From: Hemiscyllium ocellatum
Lineage: Eukaryota
DNA length: 64,000 bases
NCBI RefSeq assembly: GCF_020745735.1
Contig: NW_026869147.1
Location: 186,001 to 250,000, forward strand
Reading direction: 5' to 3'
Position 1 is the first letter of the stretch; each line of letters starts with the position of its first letter. The translations under genes were made by a program, and so were the position numbers. This document shows positions 23,401 to 38,690 of the stretch, piece by piece. Under the pieces are notes generated by a model. The model searched no databases. It had not been told where the DNA came from and saw only the letters and a list, made by a program, of their open reading frames with translations.

Positions 23401-26400
23401 CTAAGCCTGCTGGGACCAGGGTATTCCCCACACTAAGCCTGCTGGGACCAGGATATTCCCCACACTAAGCCTGCTGGGACCAGGATATTCCCCACACTCA
23501 GCCTGCTGGGAACAGGATATTCCCCACACTCAGCCTGCTGGGAACAGGATATTCCCCACACACAGCCTGCTGGGAACAGAGTGCTCCCCACACTCAGCCT
23601 GCTGGGAACAGGATATTCCCCACACTTAGCCTGCTGTGAACAGGGTATTCTCCACACACAGCCTGCTGGGAACAGGGTATTCCCCACACTAAGCCTGCTG
23701 GGAACAGGGTATTCCCCACACTAAGCCTCCTGGGGGCAGTGTGATTACATGACCCTCTGCTGGGATGTAACTGGATCTTGCAGGGACTAACCAACCGTAT
23801 GCAGTTACCTGAGACTGACAAACTGCTGCTCTGCGCCATGAAGGGGTGGACACAGCGTCTACCACAAGGTGTCTCACAACATGACCTCCACTTGCCACAA
23901 TCCCCATCATCTCCACACGAGACGCTGTGATTCATCCTGCAGACACGATCCAGGCAGGACGGATTCGGACATTGCTCAGATTTCCACGAGTCTGCAAATG
24001 TGATAGTTCCGGTTATGGGAGAGAGCAGGAGAGGTGTTGGGGGGAATGGGTGGGAGAGCAAAGGGGCAGAGTGAGAGGGAGACAAAAAAGGTGAGAGGAA
24101 CAGGGAGAGAAAGGTGACAAAGACGGAGAGAGAGGGACAGGAACATGCAGCCGAGAGACAGCAAGTGCGGTGACAGAGAGAGAGGGGCAAAGAGAGAGAA
24201 GAGATAGCGACACAGAGAGCAATTGACAGAAGGAAAGATGTGACTGAGAAAGACAGAAACACATGCAGCAGACAGACAGAATGAGAGGTGACAGAGAAAC
24301 AGGGCTACAGAGAGACAGGAGAGACAGCAGCACAGAGGGACAGATGGAGAGGCATGACTGAGAAAGAGAGAGAGTGTGGCATGTGACAGAGACAGAGACA
24401 GAGAGAGAGAGAGAGAGACAGAGAGAGACAAAGAGAGACAGAGAGAGAGAGAGAAAGAGAGAGAAACAGACAGACATGCAAAAAATGGAGATGAAATGAT
24501 GTCACACAAGGAGAGAGAGAGAGAAGAGAGAGATGTGCTGCGGGAATGCACAAAGAGAGGCAAAGGGAAATATACCACAGACACAAAGTGAGATATAAAG
24601 CAGGAAAGGTCACAGTGCTGCCTCATACAGGCAGGTTAAGCAGCCATTCCTTTTGGACCAGGAACTACCTCCATGAGACTTTCTGTAGAACGACAGGACA
24701 CAACGTTTCTGACACCCAGCATCACAGCATCTTTGTGATCCTGCACAATCCTGGTCCGACTCACACACCTTCCCAAAAGTGCAGTTACACACACGGGCAA
24801 GATGGTCTGGGCGTGGGCACTGCCCGTCGTCTTCCATTGGGAGAAAAGAGAGAGACAGAACCGCACGGCGTTAGACACAGAGTAAAGAACCCTCCACATT
24901 GTCCCCATTAAACACTCCCAGGGCAGGGACAGCACGGGGTTAGACACAGAGTAATGCTCCCTCCACATTGTCCCCATTAAACACTCCCAGGACAGGGACA
25001 GCACGGGGTTAGACACAGAGTAAAGAACCCTCCACATTGTCCCCATTAAACACTCCCAGGACAGGGACAGCACGGGGTTAGACACAGAGTAAAGAACTCT
25101 CCACATTGTCCCCATTAAACACTCCCAGGACAGGGACAGCACAGGGTTAGACACAGAGTAAAGAACCCTCTACATTGTCCCCATTAAACACTCCCAGGAC
25201 AGGGACAGCACGGGGTTAGACACAGAGTGAAGAACCCTCCACATTGTCCCCATTAAACACTCCCAGGACAGGGACAGCACGGGGTTAGATACAGAGTGAA
25301 GAACCCTCTACATTGTCCCCATTAAACACTCCCAGGACAGGGATAGCATGAGGAGGTTGGATACATAGTAAAGCTGTCTCTCCCCCACCCCAGCAAGTTC
25401 CCCAAGGACAGAGACAGCACATGGTGAGATACACATTGAAACACTGCTCTGTCCTGTCCCGCACCACAACCATTCAGTAACACCAGATGGACAGTGAGTG
25501 AAGCTCAGACAAGAAGAACTCACCATTTCTGAAATGCCTGAGGACACATCTTGGCCCACACGGGGTAGAGCAGCACGTGCCCCATCTGCCACAGTCGCTC
25601 TCGTTTCTACATTCCTTGCCCAGAGTTGTGTTACACACATAGCTCAGTTGACTTGGGCTTGAGCACTCTCCGGGTCTCTCACCTGGAAACACAACATTTT
25701 GATATAACGCTCGGCTTACACACGACAGGGGGAGACCGACAGGGATTCACCATCAGGGATACACTTGCTGTTTGCAGGAGTTCCACGATCGCGAAAAAGA
25801 ATTGGAACGGTGTACAGATTGGAGTTAACTGCAGTCTGGGACTCTCTCAGTCTGCTCCCTGCAGTCTCGGGTCTCTCTCAGTCTGCTCCCTGCAGTCTCG
25901 GGTCTCTCTCAGTCTGCTCCCTGCAGTCTCGGGTCTCTCTCAGTCTGCTCCCTGCAGTCTCGGGTCTCTCTCAGTCTGCTCCCTGCAGTCTCGGGTCTCT
26001 CTCAGTCTGCTCCCTGCAGTCTCGGGTCTCTCTCAGTCTGCTCCCTGCAGTCTCGGGTCTCTCTCAGTCTGCTCCCTGCAGTCTCGGGTCTCTCTCAGTC
26101 TGCTCCCTGCAGTCTCGGGACTCTCTCAGTCTGCTCCCTGCAGTCTCGGGACTCCCTCAGTCTGCTCCCTACAGTCTCGGGACTCTCTCTCAGTCTGCTC
26201 CCTGCATTCTCGGGACTCTCTCTCAGTCTGCTCCCTGCAGTCTCGGGTCTCTCTCAGTCTGCTCCCTGCATTCTCGGGACTCCCTCAGTCTGCACCCTGC
26301 AGTCTCGGGTCTCTCTCAGTCTGCTCCCTGCAGTCTCGGGTCTGTCTCACTCTGCTCCCTGCATTCTCGGGTCTCTCTCACTCTGCACCCTGCAGTCTCT

Positions 26401-29400
26401 GGATTCTCTCACTCTGCTCCCTGCAGTCTCGGGTCTCTCTGACTCTGCACCCTGCAGTCTCTGGATTCTCTCAGTCTGCTCCCTGCAGTCTCGGGACTCC
26501 CTCAGTCTGCACCCTGCAGTCTCGGGTCTCTCGCACTCTGCTCCCTGCAGTCTCTGGATTCTCTCAGTCTGCTCCCTGCAGTCTCGGGTCTCCCTCACTC
26601 TGCACCCTGCAGTCTCGGGTCTCTCTCAGTCTGCACCCTGCAGTCTCGGGTCTCTCTCAGTCTGCACCCTGCAGTCTTGGGTCTCTCTCACTCTGCTCCC
26701 TGCAGTCTCGGGACTCTCTCAGTCTGCACCCTGCAGTCTCGGGTCTCTCTCAGTCTGCACCCTGCAGTCTCGGGTCTCCCTCACTCTGCTCCCTGCAGTC
26801 TCGGGACTCTCTCAGTCTGCACCCTGCAGTCTCAGGTCTCTCTCTGTCTGCACCCTGCAGTCTCGGGTCTCTCTCTGTCTGCACCCTGCAGTCTCGGGAC
26901 TCTCTCACTCTGCTCCCTGCAGTCTCGGGGCTCTCTCAGTCTGCACCCTGCAGTCTTGGGTCTCTCTCTGTCTGCACCCTGCTGTCTCGGGACTCTCTCA
27001 GTCTGCACCCTGCAGTCTCTGTTGTGCTGAACTATCTTGCCCCAGACCATTCCCCTACTGACACTCTGTCAGACCATAATCCTTACCTTGCCTGAATGAG
27101 GAGACACATTTCTTGCCACATCCAATCTCACAGCACTGTTCATAGGAAGGACAATCATCATCATCCTCACACGATCGAGTCCGGTTTTTCTTGCAGAGAA
27201 AAGACACACGGGAATGTTCTGGGCATTTCTTTCGCAAAACTGAAGGAGAGAACGGGTTTTCACTTGGTCAATTTGTTTACATACAGTGTAATCTTTCCAC
27301 TGTCCTCTATCAAACACTCCCACCACACGGACAGAGTGGGATTAGATACAGAGTAAAGCTCCCTCTACAGCGTCGACTCATCAAACACTACCAGGATAGA
27401 GACACCATGCTCATAGGTACAGTGTAAAGCTCCCTCTACATTGCTCACATTGGCCCTGTTCAGCTCACTCGGGATTATCAGACAAACCTGTGGGAAGCAA
27501 TGCAGTGATGGATACTCACATTTCCTGATGAATGTTGGGACACATTTCCCACCGCAGCCCTTGGCCAGGCAGCACCTCTGCCACACGTCGCACTGCGTGT
27601 CGTTCTTGCAGTCTTTTCCCAGGGTCGTGTTGCACAACATCGTCAGCCTCCTTGCAATGGGACAGGTTCTGTTCTCTGTGAAGACAAACACAGGGAGATG
27701 GGGGATAGAATCAGACAACAGATAAACACCCCACTCTCCCATCTCTCTGACAGAAGGGAGCCCAGTGCCTTGTGAAGGAAGCTGGGAATTGGAGAGAGGG
27801 TGGGACAACTCAGCCTTCACAACACCACTCCATGATCTGCCGCAGTACACCAGACAGCTCACACACAATTCCTCTCTCTTGGCCTGCAGTGGGAACAGAG
27901 AAAGGACTGAGGAGAGATAGACGACTTAACTGAGATGTAACAGAGGCATCAGACAGACCACAACATCCAAACAGCGTGCACTCATATTCCCGGAGAGTAG
28001 GACACTGTGTGTTTCACACCACAATCCCTCTCTAACCCAGGGACAAGAATTGGGAACGGGATCCCTGTCTGTTTCAAACCACAATCCCTCCCTAACCCAG
28101 GGACAGGGATTGGGAACGGGATTCCTGTCTGTTTCACACCACAATCCCTCCCTAACCCAGGGACAGGGATTGGGAACGGGATCCCTGTCTGTTTCACACC
28201 ACAATCCATCCCTAACCCCGGGACAGGGATTGGGAACGGGATCCCTGTCTGTTTCACACCACAATTCACCTCTAACCCAAGGACAGGGATTGGGAACGGG
28301 ATCCCTGTCTGTTTCACACCACAATCCCTCTCTAACCCAGGGACAGGGATTGGGAACGGGATCCCTGTCTGTTTCACACCACAATCCCTCCCTAACCCAG
28401 GGACAGGGATTGGGAATGGGATCCCTGTCTGTTTCACACCACAATCCTCCCCAAACCCAGGGACAGGGATTGGGAACAGGATCCCTGTCTGTTTCACACC
28501 ACAATCCCTCTCTAACTCAGGGACAGGGATGGGGAAGGGGATCCCTGCCTGTTTCACACCACAATCCCTCCCTAACCCAGGGACATGGATTGGGAACGGG
28601 ATTCCTGTCTGTTTCACACCACAATCCCTCTCTATCCCAGGGACAGGGATTGGGAACGGGATCCCTGTCTGTTTCACACCACAATCCCTCCCTAACCCAG
28701 GGACAGGGATTGGGAACAGGATACCTGTCTGTTTCACACCACAATCCACCCTTTACCCAAACACAGGGATTAGAAGCGCGGTCCTGTTCTGCCGAACCCC
28801 AATCCCTCGCTAACCTGGGAAGGGGGATCAGAGCCGGGATTCCAGGATGCCCTTGGGGAATCTGTATTCTCTGGACAGTGTCTGTGTCCCTCACATTGGA
28901 TGTGTTTCCCTCTCTCACACACTCTCTCTCTCTCTCTCTCTCTCTCTCACCTCCTGTGAAACACTTTGGGATGCATTTCTTCCCACAGCCAGCATCACAA
29001 CACGAGTGGTATCCATCACAGTCCCCGTTGTCATTACAGGAACGCCCGGTGCTGATCTGACAGAACATGGAGAGGCTGTCCTCCTCTGGGCACTGGTCAG
29101 CAGGCTCTGTAAATGGGAAGGTAGGACAGACACAGTTACAGAGTCCCACACAGGGCCCTTCACATACTCCTTCACACCTTCCTCATCTCTTCCCCACCCT
29201 CCCTCCATTCCCAAACCAGGGAATGCTCATTCTACTGCCCACCCTCTGCAATAACCCTCTCACTTACTGTTGCTTCCTCCTTTCCCTCCAACTGCTCTCC
29301 TGCTCTGACAGCATCACTTTCCCCTTTCCGTGGTGATAAACTCCTGAAAACCTTTTATCTCTTGGGTTATCACATCCCTTTATCCCCGATCAGTTCCTCA

Positions 29401-32400
29401 ATCTGTCAATGTGCCTCCTCAACATCGCTGCTGTACCTGCCTCCACCACCACCCACTGACAGCATATTCCACATACTGACCCCACTCTGTGTTCAACAAA
29501 CCTGCCTCCCACTGTCTCCCCTTTTACCCCAAATCTGTGCTCCTCTAGTCATTGACATTTCTGTCCTGGGAAAGTAAAACTGACCAGGCGATACATTCTG
29601 TTTGTAAGAGATGAACCTTCTATCAGGTCGACTCTCATCCTTTCCATGTTCACGTGAAAACAAACCAGGCTTATTCGATCGCCCAAAACACATCACCTCA
29701 CATTTGTTCAGATTACACTCCATCTGCCATCTCTTCACCCAATCCTCCGGTCTATCTCCATCCTGCTCTGTCCTCGGGCAATCCTCCTCCATATCTACAG
29801 CTCCCCCTAACCCTGTGTGACGTTCACTAACATATTCATCGGGCCACCTTCATTCTCCTCCTATATATCTGGTAAATGGCAAGGTGGGGGTCACAGCACA
29901 AATCCCTGTGGGACACCACCCATCACAGTTCTCCAGTCCCTTTCACTGCTACTCTCTGTGCTTCTGTCACTGAGCCAGTTGTGGATCCATCTTACCAGCT
30001 CTCTGTGGATCCCGTGTATATTCACCTTCTGTTCTGGTTTACCATGAGAGACCTTGTCATAGGCCTTGGTACAATCCCTATCCACAATACCCACTGGCCT
30101 GCCCTCACCAATCACCTTTCTCACTTTCTCAAAAATACAGGCTCAGTCAAGCTTGTGAGACACAGCTGTACCTGTACAAAGCTACCTTTCCGGTTGCTAA
30201 CAAGGCTATATGTTTATCCCGGAATGCTGGAGCGGGACTTACATCCCGGTGTCCACACCACAGCGGGTCTAGCCTGACAAAGCCCTGCCCTCCCATGCGA
30301 AGGAGACCCTGTCACTGAATGTCCTCTGACCTGCTGGGGGAGCATAGGTTGGGGGTGAGAGGGGCTTACTTCTCGCAAACCACTGTGACACACATCGAGG
30401 TCCACATTCCGTGTTACAGCACGATGCCCAGTGACCACAGGAATCGTCTCCATCGCAGGGAGCGGTGAAGTTCATCCGACAGACATAATGCAGTCTGGTC
30501 GTGTCCGGACATGTGGATCCTTGGCCTTTAGGAGACACTGAGAGAGAGAGAGAGAGAGAAGAACAGCCTTCACCACAACTGCTGATCCAACAGAGACCCT
30601 TCCCTGGGAAACATCTCTCACAGACAGCAGAGAAACAGGAGCTAGAGAGGGTGGCAGAGATAGGGAGAGGTACAGGGGCTGGAGGGGGTTACAGAGATAG
30701 GGAGGGGGGGTGTAGGGGGTTACATAGATAGGGAGGGGGTGTAGGGGGTTACAGAGATAGGGAGGGGGCTTTAGGGGGTTACAGAGATAGGGAGAGTGTG
30801 TAAGGGGTTACAGAGATAGGGAGAGGGTGTAGGGGATTACAGAGATAGGGAGGGGGTGTAGGGGGGTTACAGGGATAGGTAGGGGGTGTAGGGGTTTACA
30901 GAGATAGAGAGGGGGTGTAGGGGGTTACAGAGATAGGGAGGTGGTGTAGGGGGGTTACAGAGATAGGGAGGGGGTGTAGAGGGGTTACACAGACAGGGAG
31001 GGGGTGTAGGGGGGCTACAGACATAGGAAGGGGGTGTAGAGGGGTTACACAGACAGGGAGGGGGTGTAGGGGGGCTACAGAGATAGGAAGGGGGTGTAGG
31101 GGGGTTACAGGGACAGGGAGGGAGTGTAGGGGGGGTTACAGAGATAGAGAGGGGGTGTTGGGGGTTACATAGATAGGGAGGGGGTGTAGGAGGGTTACAG
31201 AGACAGGGAGGGGGTGTAGGGGTGTGACCGAGATAGGGAGGTGGTTGGAGGGTTCCAGAGATAGGGAGGGGGGGGTCAAGGGGGGTTACAGAGACAGGCA
31301 TGGGGTGTAGGGGGTTACAGAGATAGGGAGGGGGGTGTAGGGGGTTACAGAGACAGGGAGGGGGTGAAGGGGGGTTACAGAGATATGGAGGGGGTGTCGG
31401 GGGTTACAGAGACAGGGAGGGGTAGGAGGGGGGTTACAGATATAGGGAGGAGGTGTAGGAAGTCACATGGATAGGGAAGGGGGTGTAGGGGGGTTACAGA
31501 GACAGGAAGGCGGTGTAGGGGGTTTAGAGAGACAGGGAGGGAGTGTAGGGGGGTTACAGGGATAGGGAGGAGTTGTCGGAGGTTACAGAGATAGGGAGGG
31601 GGGTGTAGGGGGGTTACAGGGAGAGGGAGGAGTTGTAGGGGGTTACAGAGATAGGGAGGGGGTGTAGGGGGTTACAGAGATAGGGAGGGGGTGTATGGGG
31701 GTTACACAGACAGGGAGGGGGTGTAGGGGGGTTACAGAGATAGGGAGGGGGTGTAGGGGGGTTACAGAGATAGGGAGGGGGTGTAGGGGAGTTACAGAGA
31801 GAGGGAGGGGGTGTAGGGGGTTACAGTGATAGGGAGGGGGTGTTGGGGGGTACAGAGATAGGGAGGGAATGTAGGGGGGGTTACAGAGATAGGGAGGGGG
31901 AGTAGTGGGGTTACAGAGATAGAGAGGTGGTGTCGGGAGTTGCAGAGATTGGGAGGGGGTGTCGGTGGTTTCAGTGATAGGGAGGGGGTGTCGGGAGTTA
32001 CAGAGACAGGGAGGGGGTGTAGGGGCTGGAGGGTGTTACAGAGATAGAGAGAGGTGTAGGGCCTGGAGGGGGTTACAGAAGTAGGTGGGGTGTAACAGCC
32101 AGAGGCAGGTACAGATATGATTGGATTTGAAGACAATTATGGTGTGTGTACAGCAGGAGGCAGTATTGCACAGCGAGCCATTGGGTGTTGCCAATCCCAC
32201 ATGGTGGTGTGTGAACCAGACTCAGTGTGTGACACTCAGGATTGGATGGGGGAACAGAGATCGGAGAGACCGCAGTGTTTCACAATGAGCTGAACACCAT
32301 GGAAGATGGGAATGGTGAGGTTCGTCAGGAGAGGAATGTGAGAATTGAGTCTGAGACAGACAGCTCTCTCTCCCACCCAGATACAGTGACGTGACTCTGA

Positions 32401-33077
32401 GGGGATCTCTCCTCCTTACCTCCAGGCTTGAAGCTCATGATACATCTCCTCCCACATCCAGTCTCACAACACTTTTGCCAGATATCACAGTCGTCATCAG
32501 TGGAACATTGAGAGCCCAGTTTCATCTGACAAATGGGCTGGAGACGAGATTCTGCTGGACATTCAAAGGCTTCCTCTGTGGGGAAAGCATGACTCTGAGC
32601 TCAAACTAAACTGCTGCTGGACAGGGTTAACAGTTCATAACATCAAGGAGACCATTCAGATCATCTGGTCTGCCCCAATCGCTCAATAACATCATTGCTG
32701 ATCCACCACAGGGACTGTACTTTCTGGTCATCTCCCCTCACACCCACATTCTGTTTACATCTCGCACTCACACGAACCACTTTGTTCTCCACCACACCCA
32801 GGGAAGACTCTCCACTCGATCACAAATACAGGCACGCTGTCTCCTCTCCCTCACACACAGGAACGCTCTCTCCCTCACACACACAGGGACCACTCTCCTC
32901 TCCCTCACACACACAGGGACCACTCTCCTCTCTCACTCTCACACACACAGGGACCACTCTCCTCTCACACACACACAGGGACCACTCTCCTCTCTCACAC
33001 ACACACAGGGACCACTCTCCTCTCACACACACACAGGGACCACTCTCCTCTCTCACACACACACAGGGACCACTCTC

Positions 33078-33157
<80 letters not shown>

Positions 33158-36100
33158 CCTCTCACACACACACAGGGACCACTCTCCTCTCACATACACA
33201 CAGGGACCACTCTCCTCTCACACACACACACAGGGACCACTCTCCTCTCACACACACACAGGGACCACTCTCCTCTCACACACACAGGGACCACTCTCCT
33301 CTCACACATACACACAGGGACCACTCTCCTCTCACACACACACACAGGGACCACTCTCCTCTCACACACACACACAGGGACCACTCTCCTCTCACACACA
33401 CACACACAGGGACCACTCTCCTCTCACACACACACACAGGGACCACTCTCCTCTCACACACACAGCGAGCTAACCCTTCTCCCTCACACATGAGCACCTC
33501 TCTCTTGCCTCACAGAACTGCACCTCTCTCGTACACTCTCCTCTTTGAGAGAAGAGTTCTCCCTTCCTCACCTTGCCTGTGGACCCCATAGACGCAGCGT
33601 TTGCCGCAGTTCCCGACGTTACAGCACTGCTTCCACCTTGCGCAGTCCTCGTCTACCTCACACTCCTCGGCATCGTCCCGGTCACAGATATGTTGCATCT
33701 GGAATGGTTTGGGACACTCTGCGTCTCGCTTTCCTGTGTTCGGGACAAATCCGAATTCAGTGAGAGGCTGGATGGAAATTCAGCACCGCCCTGGTTATAC
33801 GGAGTATGGGATCATCCAGGGAAAAACAAGGGGAAGCCTGGAGACAAAGGGGTAGATTGGGTATGGCAGTCTGACAATGAGGAGGGAGGGTTTCACATTG
33901 GTTTCCGTTCTGGCTTGGCCAAACATGACAGCTCAGTGAGGAAGGTGAAATGGGAGTGGGGGGACCTGGGAGTCGGGGAAACGGGAATGGGGGAATACAG
34001 AGAGGGTGGCAAATGGCTGTCAGTTTTATGAGCAGCACCTTCCAATGGGAACAAGCTGATGACAACAGGATTGGGCAGACTGGGGCTGGCTTTCCAATGG
34101 GATTTAGTAGACTGGGGGAGACTCACTCCCATTGGGAATGATCCTGAAATGGCTCTGGATGAGCTGAGACCTGGGAAGGAGTCTCCTACTGAGAGGGGAC
34201 ATCCTCAAACTGAATACTCTAACTGCAGGGGGCAGGGAGATTGGGTTCCTGGGACAGACAGGGGTCTCTGCCTCAGTCAGAGTGACTCCACCAGGTGTGT
34301 GCAGTGTTTGCTAAAGGAGGGAATGGGAGGGTCAGTCATCCTCACCGCGTTTGTGATACCGATGGACACATCTCTTCCCACATCCGGCCTCACAGCACGA
34401 GAGCCACAGATCACAGTCATCGTCATTTGTACACTCCTGGCCGTAGTTAACATTGCACATCGGGGTAAGGCGCCTGGCATCCGGGCAGCTCCCATTCTCT
34501 GGAGAGAAGAAGGAAAGGGAAAAGACTGGGTTAAAGCTCAGTCCGAGTCTCAGGATAAACACCTCCAGATGGACAGGATGGAAACTGAGCAAGTCTCTCT
34601 CAGTCTGCACGGTCCCCAACGATCAAACACACAGCGCAGTGTAAAGAATACATCCCTCCTTATTGTTTTACCCTGGAAGGAAATCTCCCTCTACACTGTC
34701 CCCATCAAACACTCCCAGGACAGGGACAGCATGGGGTAAGATACAGAGGAAATCTCCCTCTACACTGTCCCCATCAAACACTCCCAGGACAGGGACAGCA
34801 TGGGGTAAGATACAGAGGAAATCTCCCTCTACACTGTCCCCATCAAACACTCCCAGGACAGGGACAGTATGGGGTAAGACACAGAGGAAATCTCCCTCTA
34901 CACTGACCCCATCAAACACTCCCAGGACAGGGACAGCATGGGGTAAGGTACAGAGGAAATCTCCCTCTACACTGTCCCCATCAAACACTCCCAGGACAGG
35001 GACAGCATGGGGTAAGATACAGAGGAAATCTCCCTCTACACTGTCCCCATCAAACACTCCCAGGACAGGGACAGCATGGGGTAAGATACAGAGGAAATCT
35101 CCCTCTACACTGTCCCCATCAAACACTCCCAGGACAGGGACAGTATGGGGTAAGACACAGAGGAAATCTCCCTCTACACTGTCCCCATCAAACACTCCCA
35201 GGACAGGGTCAGCATGGGGTAAGATACAGAGGAAATCTCCCTCTACACTGTCCCCATCAAACACTCCCAGGACAGGGACAGCATGGGGTAGGATACAGAG
35301 GAAATCTCCCTCTACACTGTCCCCATCAAACACTCCCAGGACAGGGACAGCATGGGGTAAGATACAGAGGAAATCTCCCTCGACACTGTCCCCATCAAAC
35401 ACTCCCAGGACAGGGACAGCATGGGGTAAGGTACAGAGGAAATCTCCCTCTACACTGTCCACATCAAACACTCCCAGGACAGGGACAGCATGGGGTAAGG
35501 TACAGAGGAAATCTCCCTCGACACTGTCCCCATCAAACACTCCCAGGACAGGGACAGCATGGGGTAAGGTACAGAGGAAATCTCCCTCTACACTGTCCCC
35601 ATCAAACACTCCCAGGACAGGGACAGCATGGGGTCAGATACAGAGGAAATCTCCCACTACACTGTTACCATCAAACACTCCCAGCACCGGGTTATATATA
35701 GAGTCATGCTCCTCTATCCCGTGTCCCCCCCATAACATCCCCCCACACCACAACCATCACCAGATGACCCCGCACCTCCTTTGAAGAATCGGAAAACACA
35801 TCTTTTTCCACAGCCAGCGTCACAGCACATTTGCCAACGGTCACAGTCAGTATCAGCCTCACACTCATCTCCTAACGTCATGTTACAGACCTTGCCCAGG
35901 GTACGGCTGTGTGGGCACTGGGACTCTCCCTCTGTGTAGGCACAGATATTGAGACATTATTACAGAGCCTGTCCTGAGCATACCGCCCTCCTTTACAGAC
36001 ACAGGCCCCCAGACTCTTCCAAAGACAAATCCAGGGACAATAACCCACTGCACCCCACCGTGCAACCACCTCCCCATGACCACTCAAANNNNNNNNNNNN

Positions 36101-38653
36101 NNNNNNNNNNNNNNNNNNNNNNNNNNNNNNNNNNNNNNNNNNNNNNNNNNNNNNNNNNNNNNNNNNNNNNNNNNNNNNNNNNNNNNNNNNNNNNNNNNNN
36201 NNNNNNNNNNNNNNNNNNNNNNNNNNNNNNNNNNNNNNNNNNNNNNNNNNNNNNNNNNNNNNNNNNNNNNNNNNNNNNNNNNNNNNNNNNNNNNNNNNNN
36301 NNNNNNNNNNNNNNNNNNNNNNNNNNNNNNNNNNNNNNNNNNNNNNNNNNNNNNNNNNNNNNNNNNNNNNNNNNNNNNNNNTTACTCAGTGCAGTGATAC
36401 CACATCGTCCATGGGAAGACCCTCTGATAGTCTGGCTTCACACTGTCCTTACTGTGCAGTGAGCTGCTGTGAACACATTTCCTTCCGCAGCCCATGTCGC
36501 AGCATTGTTCCCAGCTCCCGCAGTCCTCATCTGTCACACACGATACATTCGAATGTCTCTTCACCCGGGACGGAGCGGGGCACTCTCCTTCCTCATCTAT
36601 AACACAACAACATGGAGATTACAGGAGCAGGGAAAAGGGGTGGATTGGCGGAGGCATGCCTGACAGTGGGTCACTGTTGGAGGGTCACTGCAGAGGGAGC
36701 AGGTACTGACGGAGGGTCACCGCAGAGGGAGCAGGTACTGACGGAGGGTCACTGCAGAGGGTGCAGGTACTGACGGAGGGTCAGTGCTGAGGGAGCAGAT
36801 ACTGACGGAGGGTCAGTGCTGAGGGAACAGGCACTGACGGAGGGTCAGTGCTGAGGGAGTAGGCACTGCTGGGGGATCAGTGCTGAGGGAGCAGGCACTG
36901 CTGGGGGATCAGTGCTGAGGGAGCAGGCACTGCTGGGGGATCAGGGCTGAGGGAGCAGGCACTGCTGGGGGATCAGGGCTGAGGGAGCAGGCACTGCTGG
37001 GGGATCAGGGCTGAGGGAGCAGGCACTGCTGGGGGATCAGGGCTGAGGGAGCAGGCACTGCTGGGGGATCAGGGCTGAGGGAGCAGGCACTGCTGGGGGA
37101 TCAGGGCTGAGGGAGCAGGCACTGCTGGGGGATCAGGGCTGAGGGAGCAGGCACTGCTGGGGGATCAGGGCTGAGGGAGCAGGCACTGCTGGGCGATCAG
37201 GGCTGAGGGAGCAGGCACTGCTGGGCGATCAGGGCTGAGGGAGCAGGCACTGCTGGGCGATCAGGGCTGAGGGAGCAGGCACTGCTGGGGAATCAGGGCT
37301 GAGGGAGCAGGCACTGCTGGGGGATCAGGGCTGAGGGAGCAGGCACTGCTGGGGGATCAGGGCTGAGGGAGCAGGCACTGCTGGGGATCCTCTACTCCAC
37401 CACATGTGAAAATAAAATAGAAATCTAAACCTCAGCCTCATCTGTGTAACTTCCAGAGTTGATTGGACTCCCTCATCCTCTGCTACTCTCTGGTTTCAAC
37501 TCACCATCTGTCCAATCATATTTCCCACCAGCCGCTCTCCCAGTCCTTCCATGTCCCTTTCTATGTCCCTCTCTCATTCCTCCTTCATGTCACCCAGAGT
37601 CTGTCTACCGGATTCCTCCCCTCACTGTGTCTCATTCTTCCCTCGCCTCTCCCTTCCTCTCTAGCTCAATCTCCCAACCACTCTCACGTTCGGGCTCGGT
37701 CCTCCCTCCTTTCTCTCTCTCTCTTTCTTTTTCTGTCCCATTCTCCGGGCCCCTCTCTCTCTCCCATTATCCATCTCTCCCTCTCTGTCCCATTCTGCTG
37801 GTCCTGCTCTCTCTCTCTCTCTGTCTCTCTCCCCCTCTCTCTCCCTCTCTCTCTGTCACTGTGTCTCTCCCTCTCTCTCTGTCCAATTCTCCCAGACTCC
37901 CCCCCCAACCCCCAGTCTTTCTCTCTCCCATCTTCCCAGTGCCCCCTCCTCTCTCTGCCTTTCCCTCTGTATCTCTCGCTCTGAGACCCATTCTCCTGGT
38001 CCCCTTTGCTCTCTCTCTCTCCCCCAACTTCCCAGTGACCCCTCCTCTCTCTGTCTCTATCTCTCTCTCTCTGTCCCATTTTCCTGGTCCCCTTTGCTCC
38101 CTCTCTCTCTCTCTCTCTCTCTCCCCCATCTTCCCAGTGCCCCCTCCTCTCTCTGTCTCTATCTCTCTCTCTCTGTCCCATTCTCCTGGTCCCCTTTGCT
38201 CTCCCTCTCTCCCCCATCTTCCCAGTACCCGTCCTCTCTCTCTCTCTCTCTCCACACCATCTCCCTCACAGTCTCACCCCCACAACGTACCATCATCCAT
38301 GAAACTGGGGATACAGATATTTCCACATTTGCTCTCACAGCAGCTCTGCCAGGCATCACAGTCTTCATCTCCGCTGCAACGATCTCCGAGTTTCAGGTCA
38401 CACATGGGCTCCAGGCGGTGGGGAGCAGGACAGGTATCATCACCTGGACAGCACAGAGACAGTATGGATACAGCTGTACAGAAACACACAACTCCCTCGG
38501 ATCTGCTCGAGTGAGACACGAGCGGTAAACGAGGGACTCCCACGGCTCTTCCATCACTGACACACCAGCTCCACAGCCCCGGGATTCAGGAAGCCTCAGG
38601 TATTTAGGCAATTCCGGGTGAATCTCCAAATACCACATCCCCCTATCCCACGG

Positions 38654-38690
<37 letters not shown>

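Larger units (their letters stand above)
17252..36380. repeat. Tandem segmental unit copy 2 (exons A-P), ~19.1 kb
   Basis: Same exon order and intron landmarks; longer minisatellites. A2 to A3 = 19126 bp. Confidence 0.9.

Noticed and set aside
25626-27095. 489-aa Ser/Leu-rich ORF
   Set aside because: Translation of the 31-bp minisatellite, antisense to the real exons and not conserved between copies.
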